64,000 nucleotides of DNA from Candidatus Bathyarchaeota archaeon (lineage in GTDB: Archaea; Thermoproteota; Bathyarchaeia; Bathyarchaeales; Bathycorpusculaceae): positions 1,024,001 to 1,088,000 of the forward strand of contig OY970280.1 of the NCBI GenBank assembly GCA_963715865.1, in the 5' to 3' direction. Both the position numbers and the translations under genes were made by a program. Positions 36,409 to 46,371 of this stretch are shown one piece after another; within the stretch, counting starts at the first letter, position 1; the number at the start of each line of letters is the position of its first letter. The notes beneath the pieces were generated by a model. That model saw nothing but the letters and a program-made list of their open reading frames with translations, did no database searches and was not told the origin of the DNA.

Positions 36409-39216
36409 CTAGCGCTTTACCTGTTTCTTAATTGCTTCCTCAGCCGCTTTTACTGCTTCCTGCAGTTTGTCAAGCTTTGTTCCGCCGCCTTGCGCAAAAT
36501 TCGCTCTTCCGCCGCCTCCGCCGCCAAAAATCGGCGCAACCTCCTTCATTATCATGTTTGCGTTTACGCCTTTTTGCACTGCCACTTCTCCAGCCATAAC
36601 CATGAGTCTGCAGGTTTTGCCGTCGGAACCATAAAACAGCGTCACGGTTGCTTCGTTGCGTTTTATCATTTCGCTTGCGGTTTGTACCATGCGGTTAACG
36701 TCGATGACTTCGCCGAAGTCACGTTTAACAATGGCTATGCCGTCCGCTTCAACTGTTGCTTCAGCCGTTTTCGCTTGGCCAATTGCGCTTTCTTTCTCAG
36801 CCAGTTCCTTGATTAGTTTACGTTTCTCAAAATTAGCCTCTTTCAGCTCTTTCACGATTTTCTCAGCCGTCTTATCCAACTTCTCCACAGGAGCCATCAA
36901 AACTTCCGAAACCTTCCAGAGCAGGCTTTCCTGTTTCTGCACTGCCTTCAACGCTTCAAGCCCAACCGCGTAACCTAAGCGTTCGACGCCATCTTGCACT
37001 CGCTCAGTGTAAACAATTTTTACAAAGCCAACTTCCAGAGTGCTTCCCAGATGCGTTCCAGCACAAGCTTCAACATCCCAATCGCCAGTCTTCACCACGC
37101 GAATATCCTTCCCTGGAACCGCGCCGCCTTGGTAGAGCCTGAAGCCGTAACGTGCTTCCGCCTCGTTCCGCGGTAGCCAAGCTGTCTCAACCTTCATGTT
37201 AGCCATAATAGCCTGATTCGCTAACGTCTCGATTTTGTGGGTTTCTTCAGGAGTTAATCTTCGGTAATGTGAAATGTCCAATCGTGAAGTTTCCAAGCCC
37301 TTCTGTGTCCCAGACTGCCAAACATGCTCGCCTAGAACTCGTCTTGCAGCGCCGTTAACCACGTGCGTAACCGTATGCGCCTTCATCAATGCATAGCGCC
37401 TGTCCCAGTCAAGAACGCCGTGAACAGTGCTGCCTTCCTTGAATGATGGCGAAGCGCCGATTTTGTGAACTATGACTTTACCAATCTTCTGAACATCAAC
37501 TACATCGTATTTTGAAGCGCCGACTGTTAGCCATCCATGGTCTGCTGGCTGCCCTCCCCCTTCGGGATAAAAGCATGTTCCATCCAATACTACGTACTTG
37601 CCGTTTATTATTTTGAGAACTTTAGCATCGAACTCGCGCATGTACGTGTCAGCATAGTACAGTTGCTCTGTTGCAGGTAGTTGCTCAGCCACTTTTTCCA
37701 GCGTTTCTTCAGCTTGGGTTTCTTCCTCTTCAACGGGTTTTGTTGCCTGCATGTGCCGTTTAGCGATTAACGCGTAAAAGTTCTCAGGAACCTCCACTTG
37801 CACGCCTTCTTTCTCAGCCGCCTGCTTAACAATTTCAGGTGGAAGCCCATGCGAATCGTACAGTTCTGTCAGCGTGTCCTGCGGGATTTTGCCTGTGCCT
37901 TTTGCCTTTAACTCACTGGCTATTCGTTTAACCATACCTTCTCCACGCTTAAGCGTCTCTTCGAACTTTTCCTCTTCAACCTTAAGCATCTCAACAATTT
38001 CGTTTCGCATAGTTTTGATGTGGGGGAAGTCTTTTGACCAGTAATCAACCTGCATATCCACGATATCATAGAGTTTTGCTGGTTCCATGTTGAGGGTTCG
38101 CATTAAACGGTAAACCCTTCGGAACAGCAGCCTAGCCAAGTATCCTTCCTGAATGTTCGATGGCACGACGCCTTCGGAAAGCATGAAGCTCAACGTTTTG
38201 GTGTGGTCTGTTACTGCCCAAGCATTCTCAATTGGAATCAGCACTTTATCGAGCGTTTTCATGTCGATGCCTGAAAGCTCCGACACGCGTTTCCTAGTGA
38301 CAAGTCGATTTGCGTTTTTGTCAACGCTAACTAAACCCGAATACTTCGCCACGCGAGATAAGAAATCGTTGTCAACATTGGTTATTCCCGCCATGCCTAG
38401 GACTTTGTCGAGCATTTTTCCGTAGATTGCTTGGAAGAGGCTTGGTGTACCTTGGCTAATCCAGGTGAAACGGTCGATGCCATATCCCGTGTCCACCGTG
38501 CGAATAGGCAGCTTTACGAATTCGTCGCCGACGACCTTGTACTGCATGAAAACCAACGTGCTAACCTCCAATCCGCGGACGATGCATTCCACGTCTGGGC
38601 CAGCGTTGCCGCCGCCAACCCACACATCCTCCTTGTACACGACCGCCTCAGATTTTATGCCAAGCACTTCAGTGGCAAACCTGTGGTGAAAACGCACTGT
38701 TTCATCCTTCCAGTACACTTCCTTGTCAGGATAATTGAACGCGTGAGCCCCACCCATCTCGAAAATGGTCAAGTGCCTGCCAAACGTAGGTCCAGTATTA
38801 GAAATATCCGTCAGCCTGATGCATGGCTGAGAAATCACCAGCGGATTAGCCGGTGGCGGCGCAATGCCCTCGGTCACGTAGGGTTGGAAATCAATTATGC
38901 TTGCGTGAGTTAGGTAAATGTCTTTTCGCCATCTGGCAACAACAGGATAAGGCTTTATACGCGTGTGCCCGTTCTTCTCGAAAAACGAAAGAAACGCCTC
39001 TCTCATTTCAGAAAGACTATACTTTTTCTTAGTTGCTGGATTATTAATGAAAGTGTAGAATCCGCACTCATCTGAGCTGGCTTCACCGCAAGTCTCCTGC
39101 TCTGCATTCTGGGTCCAGAAATATTCACCGCATTTTGGACAATGCTTCCTAACAAAACCTTCTTGCTTGAAGAATGGAAGTGCATATTCCTCTGCTGGAA
39201 ATCTTTTCTCAGCCAT
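36409..39216 (-). CDS. alaS: Alanyl-tRNA synthetase (archaeal type)
   Basis: N-terminal CPKC zinc region, QPCIR, VDTGYGIDR, HTVTH...EACAGTH editing domain, GGGGG...AQGGG. Confidence 0.96.
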   Translation of the reverse strand: MAEKRFPAEEYALPFFKQEGFVRKHCPKCGEYFWTQNAEQETCGEASSDECGFYTFINNPATKKKYSLSEMREAFLSFFEKNGHTRIKPYPVVARWRKDIYLTHASIIDFQPYVTEGIAPPPANPLVISQPCIRLTDISNTGPTFGRHLTIFEMGGAHAFNYPDKEVYWKDETVRFHHRFATEVLGIKSEAVVYKEDVWVGGGNAGPDVECIVRGLEVSTLVFMQYKVVGDEFVKLPIRTVDTGYGIDRFTWISQGTPSLFQAIYGKMLDKVLGMAGITNVDNDFLSRVAKYSGLVSVDKNANRLVTRKRVSELSGIDMKTLDKVLIPIENAWAVTDHTKTLSFMLSEGVVPSNIQEGYLARLLFRRVYRLMRTLNMEPAKLYDIVDMQVDYWSKDFPHIKTMRNEIVEMLKVEEEKFEETLKRGEGMVKRIASELKAKGTGKIPQDTLTELYDSHGLPPEIVKQAAEKEGVQVEVPENFYALIAKRHMQATKPVEEEETQAEETLEKVAEQLPATEQLYYADTYMREFDAKVLKIINGKYVVLDGTCFYPEGGGQPADHGWLTVGASKYDVVDVQKIGKVIVHKIGASPSFKEGSTVHGVLDWDRRYALMKAHTVTHVVNGAARRVLGEHVWQSGTQKGLETSRLDISHYRRLTPEETHKIETLANQAIMANMKVETAWLPRNEAEARYGFRLYQGGAVPGKDIRVVKTGDWDVEACAGTHLGSTLEVGFVKIVYTERVQDGVERLGYAVGLEALKAVQKQESLLWKVSEVLMAPVEKLDKTAEKIVKELKEANFEKRKLIKELAEKESAIGQAKTAEATVEADGIAIVKRDFGEVIDVNRMVQTASEMIKRNEATVTLFYGSDGKTCRLMVMAGEVAVQKGVNANMIMKEVAPIFGGGGGGRANFAQGGGTKLDKLQEAVKAAEEAIKKQVKR

Positions 39217-39439
39217 TAAGATGCCTCTTTTAAACCGTGTTTTCTTTGTTTTGAATTGGTTTATGGGCTTCACGAATTTAAATCATTTCAATAAAATTAG
39301 GTGTTTTTTGCTAAATGAAAAAAGAATATTGGCATTGGCGCCTTAAAATAGTGGACCAGCAGGAATTAGCTCTGCAGTTTGTAAAGTGCTTTCAAAAAGC
39401 AATTAAAAAAAGGGGAATAGTGGATATACTTTCTATAGT

Positions 39440-40351
39440 TCAAAATGTGCCCAAGTACGTTGTTTGGGTTTGTTGAGTCTTGGGCTTGCGGCGGCGTCTG
39501 TACCATGCAAGGATTATGAGGATTAACACTATGATGATAACGGCGATCACTATGAGCCAGTCAACTGCACTGAAAACGAATGCTGCTGCAGTTGCTGTTG
39601 GCGTGTGCGCAGTTGTAGGTGTAGGCGAAATTCCAGTAGCTGTAGGTGTAGGCGAAATTCCAGTAGCTGTAGGTGTAGGCGAAATTCCAGTAGCTGTAGG
39701 TGTAGGCGCGCTCGCTACTGTCCAAACGTCTGCGTTTGTGTTTGTAATCGTTTCTGTGAAAGCTTCCGTTTCGGAACCAAATGTGTCAATGCTTTCGTAA
39801 TACGATGAAACAGCTACACCTTTAATTTTATCGTAGTATACATCTGTTTTGTCATAGTGGTTTACAGATGTTGTTTCGACTAGACGTTCGTTTGTCTGTC
39901 TATTACCGCTTTGATAGGTTCTTACTACTGTATAGTTTATGGTCGCGTCCCCGCCAGATGGATAGATTTTATCGTTTGCATTGAGGTTTCCCGCGATTAT
40001 AAGCGATCCGAAGGGCAGGTGGATAGAGCCAGATTCAACGTCCACGAAGCCTGTTTGTGTATTTGTTGATCCATTGCGGTATGTGCTTATGACTTCGGCG
40101 TTTACTGTTGTTCCTGAAATGCCTGTTATTGTGATTTGAAAGCTTTGAGTTTGGTTCAGTTCAATTACGTCGCTAGGTACTGGTAATGTAGGGTCTGTTG
40201 AGTTCCAGCTAACATTGTAATTATATTGAAACACGTCTCCTTTGGTTACTCCCGGACTTACGAGTTGAGGGGATTGAGCAGATGCGACTGATATGGACAG
40301 TATTGATAGAGCAGATAGAAGAAAGATTGTTAAAATTATTTTGTTTTTCAT
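39440..40351 (-). CDS. Secreted protein with Pro/Thr linker and C-terminal TM anchor
   Basis: Signal peptide, PTPTATGIS repeats, TM followed by RRRRK. Confidence 0.8.
   Translation of the reverse strand: MKNKIILTIFLLSALSILSISVASAQSPQLVSPGVTKGDVFQYNYNVSWNSTDPTLPVPSDVIELNQTQSFQITITGISGTTVNAEVISTYRNGSTNTQTGFVDVESGSIHLPFGSLIIAGNLNANDKIYPSGGDATINYTVVRTYQSGNRQTNERLVETTSVNHYDKTDVYYDKIKGVAVSSYYESIDTFGSETEAFTETITNTNADVWTVASAPTPTATGISPTPTATGISPTPTATGISPTPTTAHTPTATAAAFVFSAVDWLIVIAVIIIVLILIILAWYRRRRKPKTQQTQTTYLGTF
39614..39708. repeat. 27-bp perfect tandem repeat, about 3.5 copies, in coding sequence
   Basis: TGTAGGTGTAGGCGAAATTCCAGTAGC three times plus a partial copy. Confidence 0.95.
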
Positions 40352-40448
40352 TTTGCTCTTGCCTTTTTGTTTAATTTAGGCTTATTGTTTTTTAGGCTTT
40401 TAATTTTTTGGAAGAAATAAAAAGGGGGTGAAAAAAGGTTTTTGGGTG

Positions 40449-42617
40449 TCATTTGTACACGGTGATTACCACATTGTCAACCCAAATTGCTGCCCTGCTA
40501 CTCAGACTTTGGCTTAGGAACGATATTCTGAAATCGGTTGTGAAGACTGAGGTGTCAGCGATTGTTACTGTGTACTGGTGCCATACCATGGGGCTATATA
40601 CGCTGGTATCGCCTAGGTTTGCTCCGTTTGTTCCAAGAGTTTTCCAGGTTACGCTGTTGTAATTGTTTGTGACAGTTCCACCATAGCGGACTTGGAAGTT
40701 TGTTGGCTGCGTTTGGTATATCATGAACTCGAAAGTCACTGTTATGTATTTTGCGCCTGTGGCGTCTATCGGGTTGCATGAGAACGGTCCTTCATTGCTA
40801 CTTGTTGCTTTAACTGACTGTGGTGCGCTGTAATAGTAATCAGTAGCAACATTCCATGGTGGGTTGGACCAGTAGTTCCATCCATCTTGCCAACTTGTGC
40901 CACTGCCATCAAAGGATGAATTAAGCACGACTGTGGGTGTTCCGGTGTTAATTGTGAAGGTTGTGCTTACTGAGGCATAGTTTGTTGCAGAAGCTGTTAA
41001 GGTTGGTGTACCTGTAGCGGAAGCCTCATAATAGAAGCTGGCCGTGCTTCCTGAACTGATGGATACTGAACTAATTTGTGTTGTGCAAAACGCATCTGAA
41101 TAGAATGCTCCGGAAGTCGCAGTTAAGGTAACAGTTGTAGTGCCGCTGGTTATTGCGGTGCCTGAGGCTGTTTGGCGTTGAACTGTGATTACTGATGATG
41201 GCTGACCAACCAACAATGTTTGGCTTGCTCCTGCTGTGAATACGAGTTTCTGGCTTGTAGACGAGATAAAGTTGGCGGTTATGCTGCCTGCTCCATTGAT
41301 TTGCGCTGTGGTCGAAGTTGCTACTGGGTTTGTTATTTGAATTGATCCTGAGAATGTCCAAGATGAGAATGTGTAGCCATTAGTTGCGGTGGCAGTAATC
41401 GGTACTGATGCGCTTGCAGTGTAGGTCTGGGTTCCTGTTGGGTTTACGTTTCCACTCCCTGACGGGCTAGCCGCGAAAGTTACCTGGAATTGGTTTCCAG
41501 GTGGAGTTGTCGGGGTTGGAGTTGGTGTAGGTGTTGGGGTTGGAGTAGGCGTTGGAGTAGGGGTAGGTGTTGGGGTTGGTGTAGGCGTTGGGCTGTTAAT
41601 ATTGAATGTTGTGCTTACTGATGAGTAGCCTGTGGCTGAAGCTGTCAACATTGGCGTACCTACAGTTGCATCTTTGTACCAGACATTAGCTGAGCTTGCT
41701 GGGCTGTTAATTGTAATTGAAGTAATTTGGGTTGTACCTGCCGCATCGGAGTAGAAGGTTCCGCTGGAGGTTGTAGCTAAGTTGACGGTTGTGCTGCCGG
41801 TTGTTATTGGGGTGCCAGATAAGTCTTGGCGTTGAATCGTTATTACAGACGACATGGCATTAACAAGGATGCTTTGGCCTGCGCCTGCTGTCAAGGCAAG
41901 TCTTGGGTTTGCTGCTGAGATGAAATTGGCGGTTACTGTGCCTGCCCCGTTGATTTCTGCAGTAGTCGAAGCCGACGTTGGATTGTTTATTTGAATGCTT
42001 CCAGTGAATATCCAGGATGAAAATATGTAGCCATTATTAGCGGTTGCATAAATCGGTATCACTGTGCCTGTAGCGTAAGTTTGAGTCCCTGACGGGCTTA
42101 CGGTTCCAGCTTCCGCAGGACTTGCCGAGAAAGTTACTTGGACTTGTACTGGTGTTTGGGAACCAGAGTTGCCAGAGTTGCCTGAATTACCTGTGATCTG
42201 CATGAATGTTCCTTCAACGGTGACTATTTTGATTCTATCACCAGGATGGAATGGACAATTAACGACAAGTTCGACAGTTTGACCCACATTTATCGGGATA
42301 AGCTGACCCTGTGTAACATCATTGCCGTCTACTCGAAGAATATCTTGGAGGACATCGTTGACGTAGACGCTGCCGTCCTGCTTAAGATGCACTATTCCTT
42401 GGCCGGTGTTTTGCACGTAAACGATTAAGTTGCCTCCGGTTACGTAGTTTTGTATTTGTATTGCGTTGCCTGTCTGCGTGGTTTTGCCACCTATGTAGCC
42501 CATGACCCAGGCGTAAGCGAATAGTGAAGCTACGACGGCTATTGCTATCATTAATAGAACTGATATTACTGGTGAAATTGCTCTGATAGAGCGTTTTATC
42601 TTAGTTATTTTTCGCAT
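40449..42617 (-). CDS. Giant archaeal type IV pilin-like protein (722 aa) with duplicated Ig-like modules
   Basis: RSIRA|ISPVISVLLMIAIAVVAS class III signal; about 185-aa internal duplication; (PT)n linker. Confidence 0.85.
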   Translation of the reverse strand: MRKITKIKRSIRAISPVISVLLMIAIAVVASLFAYAWVMGYIGGKTTQTGNAIQIQNYVTGGNLIVYVQNTGQGIVHLKQDGSVYVNDVLQDILRVDGNDVTQGQLIPINVGQTVELVVNCPFHPGDRIKIVTVEGTFMQITGNSGNSGNSGSQTPVQVQVTFSASPAEAGTVSPSGTQTYATGTVIPIYATANNGYIFSSWIFTGSIQINNPTSASTTAEINGAGTVTANFISAANPRLALTAGAGQSILVNAMSSVITIQRQDLSGTPITTGSTTVNLATTSSGTFYSDAAGTTQITSITINSPASSANVWYKDATVGTPMLTASATGYSSVSTTFNINSPTPTPTPTPTPTPTPTPTPTPTPTPTPTTPPGNQFQVTFAASPSGSGNVNPTGTQTYTASASVPITATATNGYTFSSWTFSGSIQITNPVATSTTAQINGAGSITANFISSTSQKLVFTAGASQTLLVGQPSSVITVQRQTASGTAITSGTTTVTLTATSGAFYSDAFCTTQISSVSISSGSTASFYYEASATGTPTLTASATNYASVSTTFTINTGTPTVVLNSSFDGSGTSWQDGWNYWSNPPWNVATDYYYSAPQSVKATSSNEGPFSCNPIDATGAKYITVTFEFMIYQTQPTNFQVRYGGTVTNNYNSVTWKTLGTNGANLGDTSVYSPMVWHQYTVTIADTSVFTTDFRISFLSQSLSSRAAIWVDNVVITVYK

Positions 42618-43140
42618 ACTTCTTTCTCCTTATTGATTTTTGAATTAGAGCTAAAGTTATCGTTTCTCTCCTTTCTTTTGTGTATCTTTTGCGGTCGCAG
42701 CTATTTAAGGCTGTATAGAACAAATCTCCAGAACAAAAATAAGCTAAAAAATAATTTAATGAAAACATATGCGGATTTTTTGTTGAATTTGAAAAATAAT
42801 TATTTAGTGAATGTTAGCGAAGTCGATGCAAAAAGTGAAGTGAGCAAGGGGCAAAAAGAAGCTGCCGCTGCCGTTTGAATTGCAGAAGCTAAGATGGGAT
42901 TACAAGTAACTAATTGAGTTTGCAGGATTGTGGCAAATGTTGGATTATTGATGTGGCATGTTTTTGTGTTTAATCTTATCTGCCTGGCTTTGATTTGACT
43001 TTTTGATTTATCAGCTTTCTCTTTAGGGTTTATGGAGTCTATATTACGAAATCCGAAATATTAAGACGAACGAAACATGACTTATAACACGAAACCGCTT
43101 AACTCGAATATAGAGAACAGTTCTAGAAGAGGAGACCAAA

Positions 43141-43467
43141 ATGACCTTAACAATAATCGAAAATTCGCCGAAAAGACGGGACAAACTCGTCATTATGGCA
43201 GAAATCATAGACATCGCCAAAAAAGGCACTTCGAAAACCCACATCATGTTTAAAGCCAACCTCAGTTTCAGCCAACTAAAACAGTACCTCGCACTACTCT
43301 CGCATACCAGTCTTCTCGAAACATCTGCATACAACGGAAGAGTAATCTATAAACCCACACAAAAAGGCTTAGAGTTCATGGAAAGACAACAACAAATAAT
43401 GGATCTGCTAAATGAAGATGTGCGTGTATACAGAAACGGCGTGAAAACTCCCCTATTCGACTATTAA
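43141..43467 (+). CDS. Archaeal winged-helix transcriptional regulator
   Basis: RRDKLVIMAEII...KTHIMFKANLSFSQLKQYL...Y..T.KG. Confidence 0.85.
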   Translation: MTLTIIENSPKRRDKLVIMAEIIDIAKKGTSKTHIMFKANLSFSQLKQYLALLSHTSLLETSAYNGRVIYKPTQKGLEFMERQQQIMDLLNEDVRVYRNGVKTPLFDY

Positions 43468-43901
43468 CGCTCTCCAAAGAAGTTAACCCTTACCGCACCA
43501 ACTGCACAAAAAATCAAATTTCTAACTTCTCAGTCAAAAGAAGAAAAACTTGCTGCTTCATCGGAAACTATTTTTTTTCCAAACTTAGTATGTTAATAAC
43601 AAGCTGATACATTTGAAGTAATTTGCGTTATCAATAGTTCATCCTCGTCAAAATTTCAGCGCGTATGCGTGTTCATTAATTGGTGGAAAATGGTTTTAAT
43701 TCATGTTTTAAGGTTGGGTCAGTTTTGATGGCATGGATTCCGAGCATATTCCAGGATTGGTTGTGGATGCCAAGAGGTGCATTATTACCATTTTTAGCCA
43801 TTTTTCGGAAGAAGGCAACGCGGGAGAAAAGAGAACTAATTCTTCTTTTCCAAATAGTTTAAAACGAAGAGAGAAAAAGGAGGATTTGAAGCAGCTGATT
43901 A

Positions 43902-44123
43902 TTATATTCTGTCGAAGTAGTTCATTGGTGCATACCAATAGATTGTAATGGGTTTTTTGCAATCTGAATTTCGACAAACAAGATTTTGTTCCATGTCGTC
44001 ACCGTAAAAACTGCCTCTTGAAGGCTTTTCAAAGGAATATGCAGAATGAAGTCTATCTGGAGGATTAACTTCAAAAGGCCAATCGCAACAAGGGCATCTG
44101 AGGAGTATTTTGGATACAGCCAT
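43902..44123 (-). CDS. Small zinc-finger protein
   Basis: RCPCC...CRNSDC cysteine pairs. Confidence 0.6.
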   Translation of the reverse strand: MAVSKILLRCPCCDWPFEVNPPDRLHSAYSFEKPSRGSFYGDDMEQNLVCRNSDCKKPITIYWYAPMNYFDRI

Positions 44124-44480
44124 AAAACACCCCAACAGTACCTCAGCATAAGTATTATATTAATTTAGAGACAGAGCCCCTTCGCCTTATTGTTTATAAT
44201 TCTTTATGCTGTAATAGCGTTCTTGAAATGATTATTGTTTAGTTAGCTGTTTTAAAAACATATGGAACATTCTGCTAAACAAATCAATTATATCAAAAAA
44301 AACAATAACTACAAAAAATCAATATATACTATAACTCCAAAATCATTCAAGAATACTCTATTAAACTACCATAAAAGCTCAGAAGACTAAAAATATTTGA
44401 TACCTAGAAAAGACTACCACGCCCCTATAAGGTTAAAACAAGAACTTTTAAATCTAAAAGACCAAAAACAAAAAAAGAAA

Positions 44481-46118
44481 TTATGGAGCTACGAGTCTAA
44501 CGTAGTCAATTTGCCAGGCACTTTGCGTTGTATCTGATGTTCTGGTTGTGTCGTAGAATCTGAGGTCAAACGTTGTTCCAGTCAGGCTTACGGTGTAAGT
44601 ATTAACAGTGTTTGCAGTCAATGTGCCTAAGAGTTGCCAAGACGAACTGGTAGTGCTCCAGTAGTAGACTTGAAGGTTTTCGGTGTCAAGTGTTCCTGTT
44701 TTGATTTGAAGCTGAGTGTAGGATGCAAAGTTGGTTACGCCTGAGAATTGAACTTCTGAGTCAAGTTGGTAGTTTGCTCTGTTGACGGTTGCGTAGAAGG
44801 CGCGGTAGTTATATGTGCCGCTGGATGCGTCTGTTGGGTTTGTCGGGTTGGAGTAGCTGTTGTCATTGTCATATTGGCTTGTACCCCCCGTTGTTCCGAC
44901 GTAATAAAGCCTAAAGGTATCATCCTGGGATACTATTAGGATCCAGTAGGTTGTGCCGGCCGTGATTGTTGGGGGCGTTGCGAATGTAGCTGTTCTGGAT
45001 GCTTCTGAAGTGGTGCAGGATATGGCGGTACTTATACCGTTGGTTAAGATGTGCCCTGTGCTATCAGTTATTATTGCTTTGACGTTGAATGTTCCCGAAT
45101 TTGTTCTGCCGTAGAAAGTGACGCTTGCCACGCTTATGGCGTCTGCGGGGGCTGTGAAGGCTTGCCCTCGTACGTGGTCTTGGTCTATATCACTATAGGA
45201 GGTTCCTGTGTTGGTAAGTGTTCCCATCGTGGTTGTCGTTGGAACAGTATTCGCTTCTGTTAATGTATCGTACGATCCGTCGTTTTGCATGTTTGCGAAG
45301 CTACTATGGGTCCCAACGTTGCTGTCATGAACAGCACTATTTGAAGTAACATAGATTGACGGTAGAGCTGCAGCAGAAACGGTTACTGGGTATTCTTGGT
45401 AGTCAGTTGCACCATCATTGTCAGTAACAGTCAAACGCACAGTATACGTTCCAGCAGAAGCATAAGTGTGAGATGGATTGGTCTCAGTGCTGGTTTGAGT
45501 ATCACCAAAATTCCATGCCCGAGAAGCAATAGTGCCATCTGAGTCAGATGAAGCATCAGTGAACTGAACCACAAGGTTTGTAGCTGAGAATGTAAAGTCT
45601 GCAGAAGGAGCAACATTACCTGAAGGTGGGGTTGTTGTGCTGCTTGGGTTGCCTGTGCTTGTACCCTGTGCGATGGTTCCGCCGACGGTTACTATTTTAA
45701 TTTTGAGCTGCTCACCAGAAGTGTAGATATAACTCACGGTCAGCCCAACAGTTTGTCCTTCTTTTACTGTTATAGTATTCCCTGACAGCATTTCAGACGG
45801 AGCAACTCCATTTTGGATAATTGCTATTGGGACATCGTTGACGTAGACAGTATTATCAGGGTAGTTAAGTTGTATCGCTCCTTGGCCGACGTTCTGAACG
45901 TAAACAGTAAGCTCAGTACCTTCAGTGTTAAATGCGGAGCTTTGTATTTGTATCGCTTGGCCTGTCTTAGCGGTTTGGAATCCTATATACCCCATAACCC
46001 AAGCGTAAGCGACTAATGAGGCCACTACGGCTATTGCTATCATTAGCAAAACTGAAATCACTGGTGATATTGCTTTAATAGATCGTCGAATTTTAGTAAT
46101 TTTTCGCACGTTTTTCAT
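44481..46118 (-). CDS. Large archaeal type IV pilin-like protein (545 aa) with PKD domain
   Basis: RSIKA|ISPVISVLLMIAIAVVAS; PKD motif FTDASSDSDGTI..R.WNFGD...NPSHTY...GTYTV.LTVTD. Confidence 0.88.
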   Translation of the reverse strand: MKNVRKITKIRRSIKAISPVISVLLMIAIAVVASLVAYAWVMGYIGFQTAKTGQAIQIQSSAFNTEGTELTVYVQNVGQGAIQLNYPDNTVYVNDVPIAIIQNGVAPSEMLSGNTITVKEGQTVGLTVSYIYTSGEQLKIKIVTVGGTIAQGTSTGNPSSTTTPPSGNVAPSADFTFSATNLVVQFTDASSDSDGTIASRAWNFGDTQTSTETNPSHTYASAGTYTVRLTVTDNDGATDYQEYPVTVSAAALPSIYVTSNSAVHDSNVGTHSSFANMQNDGSYDTLTEANTVPTTTTMGTLTNTGTSYSDIDQDHVRGQAFTAPADAISVASVTFYGRTNSGTFNVKAIITDSTGHILTNGISTAISCTTSEASRTATFATPPTITAGTTYWILIVSQDDTFRLYYVGTTGGTSQYDNDNSYSNPTNPTDASSGTYNYRAFYATVNRANYQLDSEVQFSGVTNFASYTQLQIKTGTLDTENLQVYYWSTTSSSWQLLGTLTANTVNTYTVSLTGTTFDLRFYDTTRTSDTTQSAWQIDYVRLVAP

Positions 46119-46371
46119 TTCCTTTCTCTTTTGGAGAGTAACCGCTAAAAAGCGCTCTCTCCAGTTGCAGTTATTTACGCTTGAGGGACTATTTAAGAAT
46201 AAATGGAGTAGTGTTCTATAGCCAAACGGAATGTTCGGTCAAGATCTGGTGCAAAAACCTCAACCAAGCGCATTACAACCACGTTAACTCGTCTGAGGAG
46301 TTTTGCTCTTTTCCGATAAATTAAAATTCTCAAAGCTTAAGATAAGTAACCAATTCTTGGAGCTAAGACTC

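Noticed and set aside
39614-39708. CRISPR array
   Set aside because: Repeats are contiguous with no spacers and encode an in-frame PTPTATGIS linker; no cas genes in the window.
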